From Candidatus Dormiibacterota bacterium (lineage in GTDB: Bacteria > Chloroflexota > Dormibacteria > Aeolococcales > Aeolococcaceae), in the NCBI GenBank assembly GCA_963848445.1, contig CAWKDT010000005.1, positions 172,355 to 236,354 of the forward strand: DNA of 64,000 bases, given 5' to 3'. Position 1 is the stretch's first letter; every line of letters starts with the position of its first letter. The notes beneath the pieces were generated by a model that had not been told where the DNA came from, made no database searches, and saw nothing but the letters and a program-made list of their open reading frames with translations. Both the position numbers and the translations under genes were made by a program. This document shows positions 59,505 through 64,000 of the stretch, piece by piece.

Positions 59505-59556
59505 CGTTCGATGGTAGGCGCTGCCGCCCGGAATCGGCGGCCGGCTCCGTATTCGA

Positions 59557-60429
59557 TCAGTCCGGCGGGGCGCCGCCCGGCCAGGGCAGCGCGGCGAAGC
59601 CGATCGTCCCCGGGCCGGTGTGGGCGCCGAACATCGGGCTGAGCTCGAGGCTGTCGCACCGGGCCACGTGGACGGCCTCGGTGAGCTTCGCCGCCAGGTC
59701 CCCCGCCTCCTCCGGCACGTCGGCGTGGAACACGATCAGCCACTGCGGCCCCGACCCCAGGTCCTCGATGGCGGCGCGCTGCAGGTTGCGGATGGAGCCC
59801 TGGGGCGTCCGGGCCAGCCCCACCCGGCCGGTGTCGCCGCCGGGGAGCAGCTTGAACACAGGTCGCACCCGCAGCGTGTTCGAGATCCCGGCGATCAGCG
59901 CCGGGACCCGCCCGCTGCGCGCCACGTACGTGAGCGTCGCGAGCGCGCCGTAGACGCGCACCTTCGCGCAGGCGTCGCGAACCGTCCGCTCCCACTCACC
60001 ATCCGCGATGTCCGAGCCCGACAGGAACGCCGCGCAGCGGGCGATCAGCGAGAACCCCGCGACCGCGGTCCCCGTGTCGATCACCGTCACCCTGCGGCGG
60101 CCCTCCTCCTCCGCGAGGATGCCGGCGGCGAGGTTCGCCGTCGAGTGGATGCCGCTCCAGCGCTCCGGGATCGTCAGGCAGAGGATCGTCTCGGCATCGC
60201 ACCGGTGGAAGGCCTCGAGGTACGCGCCGGGCGACGGGGTCGCCGTGGTGGTGGTCCCGCCGGCGCGCAGCAGCCGGTAGAACGCCGGGTATGACGCGGG
60301 GGTCCCGTCATCGATGAGCGCAGTCCCGCCGACATCGATCTGGAGCGGCACGACCGCGACGCCGCGCTCGAGGTCCTCCGCGATCCCCGCGGCGGCGTCG
60401 ACGACGAGCGCCCGATCCCCGGTGGTCAT
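59557..60429 (-). CDS. DegV family fatty-acid-binding protein
   Basis: ALVVDAAAGI...VVPLQIDVGGTALIDDG...TTTATPSPGAYLEAF...VTVIDTGTAVAGFSL...LTYVARSGRVP follows the DegV order. The ATG at 60429 was chosen; the upstream ORF-track extension overlaps plsY and is spurious. Confidence 0.75.
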   Translation of the reverse strand: MTTGDRALVVDAAAGIAEDLERGVAVVPLQIDVGGTALIDDGTPASYPAFYRLLRAGGTTTTATPSPGAYLEAFHRCDAETILCLTIPERWSGIHSTANLAAGILAEEEGRRRVTVIDTGTAVAGFSLIARCAAFLSGSDIADGEWERTVRDACAKVRVYGALATLTYVARSGRVPALIAGISNTLRVRPVFKLLPGGDTGRVGLARTPQGSIRNLQRAAIEDLGSGPQWLIVFHADVPEEAGDLAAKLTEAVHVARCDSLELSPMFGAHTGPGTIGFAALPWPGGAPPD

Positions 60430-60450
60430 CCGCCGTACACAATCCCCGTC

Positions 60451-61152
60451 ATGCTCGGCATCATGACCGCACCGTGGGTCGTTGTGGCCTGGTGCGCCAT
60501 GGCGTACCTGATCGGCGGGCTGCCGATCGGCTGGCTGCTCGTGCACTGGCAGCGCTACGGCCTCGACCTCCGCAACTTCGGGACGGGGAACATCGGGACG
60601 AGCAACGTGTACCGCCACGCCGGGATCGACATCGCGGTGATCGTCGGCCCGCTCCAGTTCGCCCAGGGATTCGTGCCGGTGCTCGCGGCGCGGCTCGACG
60701 GGGTGCCGATGAACGTCGCGATGCTGGTGGGCATCTTCGCGGTGGTCGGCAACGGGTGGCCCGTGTACATGCGTTTCAACGGCGGGCGCGGCGTCGCGGT
60801 GGCGACGGGCGCAGTCGCCGCGCTCTCGGTCGCCGGCCTCATCACGCTGCTCGTGTGCTTCGGCGCGGGAGCGCTCCGCGGGCGCATCGCGCTGGCGGTG
60901 CTCGTGGGGTTCGTGCTCCTCCCGGTGGCGGCGTTCGTGTTCGGCGGCACGGACGACTGGATCCTCGGGATCGGGTGCGTGGTGATCCTCGTGCTGCTGT
61001 TGCTGCGCCGTCTCGAGGGGCTGCCCCGCGACACGCGGGTGTACGGCCACTTCTGGCGCCGCGTCTATCAGCGCCTGGTGTTCGACGAGCGCCCCGGGCG
61101 GCCGCTCATGGGCCCGCGCACCGACCCGGGTGCGGGCCCGGTGCGGCACTGA
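60451..61152 (+). CDS. plsY: Acyl-phosphate:glycerol-3-phosphate acyltransferase
   Basis: FGTGNIGTSNVYR, VVGNGWPVYMRFNGGRGVAVATG. Confidence 0.85.
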   Translation: MLGIMTAPWVVVAWCAMAYLIGGLPIGWLLVHWQRYGLDLRNFGTGNIGTSNVYRHAGIDIAVIVGPLQFAQGFVPVLAARLDGVPMNVAMLVGIFAVVGNGWPVYMRFNGGRGVAVATGAVAALSVAGLITLLVCFGAGALRGRIALAVLVGFVLLPVAAFVFGGTDDWILGIGCVVILVLLLLRRLEGLPRDTRVYGHFWRRVYQRLVFDERPGRPLMGPRTDPGAGPVRH

Positions 61153-61252
61153 GCCGGTCCACCGGCGAAGGTCCTCTCGGACCGGGACCGACGGCACTGG
61201 TGGCGCACCGAGCGGCGCGCCACCATCGAGGGTGACTTAGTGGAGGTGTGCC

Positions 61253-61774
61253 ATGCGGATTCTCGTCACGTTCGGCTCGTCGCGCGGAGGCACGGAGGGG
61301 CTGGCTCAGATGGTTGGAGACAGCCTGCGTGAACAGGGCGTCACGGTTGACGTGCTGCCGCCTCGAGCGGTCAAGCACCTCGACGGGTACGACGCCGTCG
61401 TGGTGGGCGGTGCCCTCTACGCATTCCGCTGGCATCGCGATGCGCGCGGCTTTGTGCGGCGACATTTGCGCGAACTGCGCGGGTTGCCCACCTTCTTCTT
61501 CTCGAGCGGACCTCTCGACAACTCCGCCGTGGAGCGTGACATCCCACCGGTGAAGGGAGTCCAGGCTCTGATGCTCGAGGTCGGGGCTCGGGGCCACCGG
61601 ACGTTCGGCGGCCGGCTCACGCCGGACGCACGCGGCTTCATCGCCCGGAAGATGGCCGTGAAGCACGCCGGTGACTGGCGCGATGTCGATCAGGTGCGTG
61701 ACTGGACGAAGGGGTTGATCGAATCCGTGCGCGTTCGGGCAAAGGAGCCTCTCGACCCGCTTCCCACCCACTGA
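61253..61774 (+). CDS. Flavodoxin-domain protein (HemG-like)
   Basis: MRILVTFGSSRGGTEGLAQMV...YDAVVVGGALYAFRWHRDARGFVRRH. Confidence 0.65.
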   Translation: MRILVTFGSSRGGTEGLAQMVGDSLREQGVTVDVLPPRAVKHLDGYDAVVVGGALYAFRWHRDARGFVRRHLRELRGLPTFFFSSGPLDNSAVERDIPPVKGVQALMLEVGARGHRTFGGRLTPDARGFIARKMAVKHAGDWRDVDQVRDWTKGLIESVRVRAKEPLDPLPTH

Positions 61775-61797
61775 GTACCCGGCGGGTCAGCGAGGGG

Positions 61798-62568
61798 TCA
61801 GCCGCTGCGTTCCGTACCGTGGCCGAACGGGTACAGCGCTCCCAGCACCGCGCCGAGCGCGGTGTCGTTCTGCTCGCGCACCGCGTCATCCGGACGCCAT
61901 GTCGCAGCGATGCTGACCGCGACGAGCCTGCCGGACTCGACGACGGCCCCGACCGCGGCAGCAACGGCCTCGATGCCCGGCCCGTGCGCGGCGGGGTAGC
62001 GCAGGCCGCTCAGCAGGCTCGCGTCGAGCACGTCGAGGTCGACGTGCAGGTGCAGCGGCCCATCCGGCAACGCCTCGCGCACCGAAGCAACGGTGGCTCG
62101 GCGCACCTGCGACGCACGCAGCGCCGCGACCTCCGGAGGATCGAGGTCGCGACCGTCGACGAGGAGCACCCGGTCTTCGGCGAGCGGCGTGAGCCCGAGT
62201 CCCTCCGGCAGCGACAGGTCGCCGCGGCCGACCGCCTTGGCGAGCGGCAGCCCGCCGAGGTACCCGGACGAGGTGGTCTCCTCGGTATGGAAGTCGCCAT
62301 GGGCGTCGAACCACACGAGCGCGGCGTCGATCCCGCTTCGCTGGACTCCCGCGAGGACCGCGAGCGCGGTCACGCAGTCGCCGCTCAGCACGACGGGATC
62401 CCTGACGTGTGCCACCCGCTCCGCGAGCGGCGCGTACAGCTGCACGAGACCGACCCACGGGTTCGCGCTGTCCGCCGGCGCAGCGTCGACGCTCGAAACG
62501 TCCGGCAGCAGCCTCACGTTGAGGCCGCGCTCCAGCCGATCGAAGATGTGCCAGTTGAGGATCAGCAT
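61798..62568 (-). CDS. Arginase/agmatinase/formiminoglutamase family hydrolase
   Basis: The metal-binding motifs are VWFDAHGDFHT and LHLHVDLDVLD. Confidence 0.7.
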   Translation of the reverse strand: MLILNWHIFDRLERGLNVRLLPDVSSVDAAPADSANPWVGLVQLYAPLAERVAHVRDPVVLSGDCVTALAVLAGVQRSGIDAALVWFDAHGDFHTEETTSSGYLGGLPLAKAVGRGDLSLPEGLGLTPLAEDRVLLVDGRDLDPPEVAALRASQVRRATVASVREALPDGPLHLHVDLDVLDASLLSGLRYPAAHGPGIEAVAAAVGAVVESGRLVAVSIAATWRPDDAVREQNDTALGAVLGALYPFGHGTERSG

Positions 62569-62616
62569 GCGGTCACGCTCATTGCCTTCGAAGTGCTCGG
62601 CCTTCGCGCGCAGCGA

Positions 62617-62880
62617 CTACGCTTCGACGAGGATCACCAAGCTCTCGGGGACGACACCGTCATATTCCATCGCGGCAGCCATCGCCGGGTCCGCCATCGC
62701 CGCCATGAGCGCGTCCATGTCGGCAACGTCCATGAGCACCGCGACCCGCGTGGCGTTCTGCGGGTCGATGAACGTCCGAATGTTGGTGACGCCGAGGGGG
62801 CCGAAGACCTCTTCGCGCTTTGGCGATGCAAGCCAGTGCTTCTGATCCTTGACGTCGTGGTAGCCGATGACTGTGGGCAC
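62617..62880 (-). CDS. Hypothetical small protein
   Basis: An 87-aa ORF with protein-like composition (MPTVIGYHDVKDQKHWLASPKREEVFGPLGVTNIRTFIDPQNATRVAVLMDV...). I recognised no family. Confidence 0.4.
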   Translation of the reverse strand: MPTVIGYHDVKDQKHWLASPKREEVFGPLGVTNIRTFIDPQNATRVAVLMDVADMDALMAAMADPAMAAAMEYDGVVPESLVILVEA

Positions 62881-62924
62881 GCTGCCTCCTCGAATGTGTC
62901 CCGGACTGAAAGTGCTGGGACGGT

Positions 62925-63422
62925 TTGGGGATCCTACCCCCGCCGACCCGGGGCCCGCTGATGCGCCACACGTCTACCATGCCCACCGTGGCCACCCCAA
63001 GCAATCGCGAGACGGTCGAGAGGTACTGGCAGGCAGTGAACGCTCGCGATTGGGCCGCCATCGCAACGTTCCTGGATCGGGAGTATGTGTGGGAGATGCC
63101 GCAGTCCGGAGAACGCGTTCGCGGTGAACAGAACAATCGCGAGATGAACTCGAACTACCCTGGACTGCCCGACATCGAAACCCATCGCATCACGGGCAGC
63201 CAGGATCGATGGGTCACCACGCCGAGCTTCACCGTCCTCAAGATCAGCGGTAGCGGCGACGACTACATCACCGAGTCCCGGGTCAGCTACCCCGATGGGA
63301 GCGTCTGGCACGCGGTCGACATCTTCCATTTCCGTGATGGCAAGATCCGAAACCAGATCGCGTACTTCGCACCAACGCTCGAGGCTGCTGAGTGGCGGAC
63401 GCGCTGGGTGGAGCGCTTCTGA
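62925..63422 (+). CDS. SnoaL-like / NTF2-fold protein
   Basis: NRETVERYWQAVNARDWAAIATFLDREYVWEMPQSGERVRG...AVDIFHFRDGKIRNQIAYF. The start may be MPTVATP at 62979. Confidence 0.6.
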   Translation: MGILPPPTRGPLMRHTSTMPTVATPSNRETVERYWQAVNARDWAAIATFLDREYVWEMPQSGERVRGEQNNREMNSNYPGLPDIETHRITGSQDRWVTTPSFTVLKISGSGDDYITESRVSYPDGSVWHAVDIFHFRDGKIRNQIAYFAPTLEAAEWRTRWVERF

Positions 63423-63616
63423 GAGGTCACCCTGACGGACCGCTTGCGCTCGCGAAGAGTGGTGCAAGCCACCGGTCGAAGATCGCGACGCTGCCGCTGC
63501 ATTCCCGGCGCGCGTTCATCGTGTCGGGGGGCGGGTAGGGCGACGGGGAGGCGCGTCTGCTCTATGCGGGCGGCCCGGCGCTCCGATGCCACCGGCGCCT
63601 CAAATGCCGGGTGGTC

Positions 63617-63688
63617 TCAGATGACGTGCAACGCGAACAGGACGATGAGAATCACGACCACGAGTACGACGCCGCCACCAATGTACAT
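63617..63688 (-). CDS. Candidate 23-aa hydrophobic peptide
   Basis: My translation is MYIGGGVVLVVVILIVLFALHVI*. It is preceded by GGGGAG 6 nt upstream and an AT-rich promoter-like stretch. It is below the ORF-track cut-off. Confidence 0.3.
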   Translation of the reverse strand: MYIGGGVVLVVVILIVLFALHVI

Positions 63689-63935
63689 GTCGACTCCCCT
63701 ACGTTATATGCATGGCATCACTATTTCTTATATTTAGCATAGCAGCCTTGTACTGCCGACAGGCTGCCCCCCCCAACACCACCGCCGAAGAATCCTGGCC
63801 CGTCCTCCTGGGACCTTGGCTGCCTACCCGACCGTACAGGCGCGGGGCGGTTTATATGATACTGTCTCTATCACTTCAGCAGCAGCCGAAGGCCGGTCCA
63901 TACAGGATCGCCTTGCAGTCATGGAGGTCAGGCCG

Positions 63936-64000
63936 ATGTCCGGAGAAAGCGATCGTGTCACCGGGAAAGTGAAGGAAGTGCAGGGCAAGGTCACCGGCGA
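63936..64000 (+). CDS. CsbD-family stress protein, N-terminal part (runs off the window end)
   Basis: MSGESDRVTGKVKEVQGKVTG... follows RBS GGAGG. This is the typical CsbD N-terminal repeat pattern. Confidence 0.6.
   Translation, partial: MSGESDRVTGKVKEVQGKVTG

Noticed and set aside
63841-63935. SigB-type promoter (GTTTAT-N14-ATCACT) upstream of the CsbD gene.
   Set aside because: The -10 part does not resemble GGGTAT-type consensus sequences, and the -35-like GTTT alone is not informative.

Overview
This is a GC-rich chromosomal segment with GC-rich third codon positions and many GTG/TTG starts. Operon order looks actinobacterium-like or terrabacterial, but I cannot place the taxon from sequence alone. 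All family calls come from reading the supplied translations and my own hand translations for motifs. No database search was run.

Most of the window is housekeeping:
- 1-7.7 kb: an argF-cdaA-cdaR-glmS string (c-di-AMP and cell-envelope precursors), followed by a GT9 glycosyltransferase, mreB, murA and a class I aldolase.
- 30.2-44.6 kb: a long minus-strand string, rpmE - DUF1385 - prfA - prmC - tsaC - glyA - wecA-like - atpZ/I-BEFHAGDC, which continues into a kinase-like gene and an acyl-CoA dehydrogenase.
- 46.3-49.2 and 58.4-61.2 kb: lipid-related genes (two divergent PAP2 phosphatases, an HKD phospholipase D-like enzyme, an LPG-synthase-TM-like protein, DegV, PlsY).

Accessory or decaying material is interleaved with this core:
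- 8.2-10.6 kb: lower-GC orphan genes and a DUF222/HNH (REP13E12-like) gene. Its promoter carries an SOS-box-like 14-mer that recurs almost identically at the promoter of a secreted BNR-propeller protein at 14.87 kb.
- 20.1-22.7 kb: two adjacent genes broken by multiple frameshifts (a membrane GGDEF-EAL protein and a bacterial PH-domain protein).
- 43.5-44.4 kb: a low-GC two-gene toxin-antitoxin-like insertion inside the rpmE-prfA string. The toxin is a divergent, enlarged MazF/PemK-like protein.
- 51.1-58.4 kb: an island that opens with a truncated IS481-type transposase remnant. It holds a SipW-type signal peptidase with two cognate TasA/camelysin-style exported proteins (one with a sortase-like C-terminal anchor), a secreted beta-helix protein, and about 2.5 kb of gene debris or non-coding DNA.

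Other observations are a repeat-containing C-terminal tail on ATP synthase beta and seven GTGA stop/start overlaps. I found no rRNA, tRNA or CRISPR array. The best candidates for something undescribed are the TA-like pair, the SipW cassette and the shared operator motif. All three are inferences that need searches or experiments.
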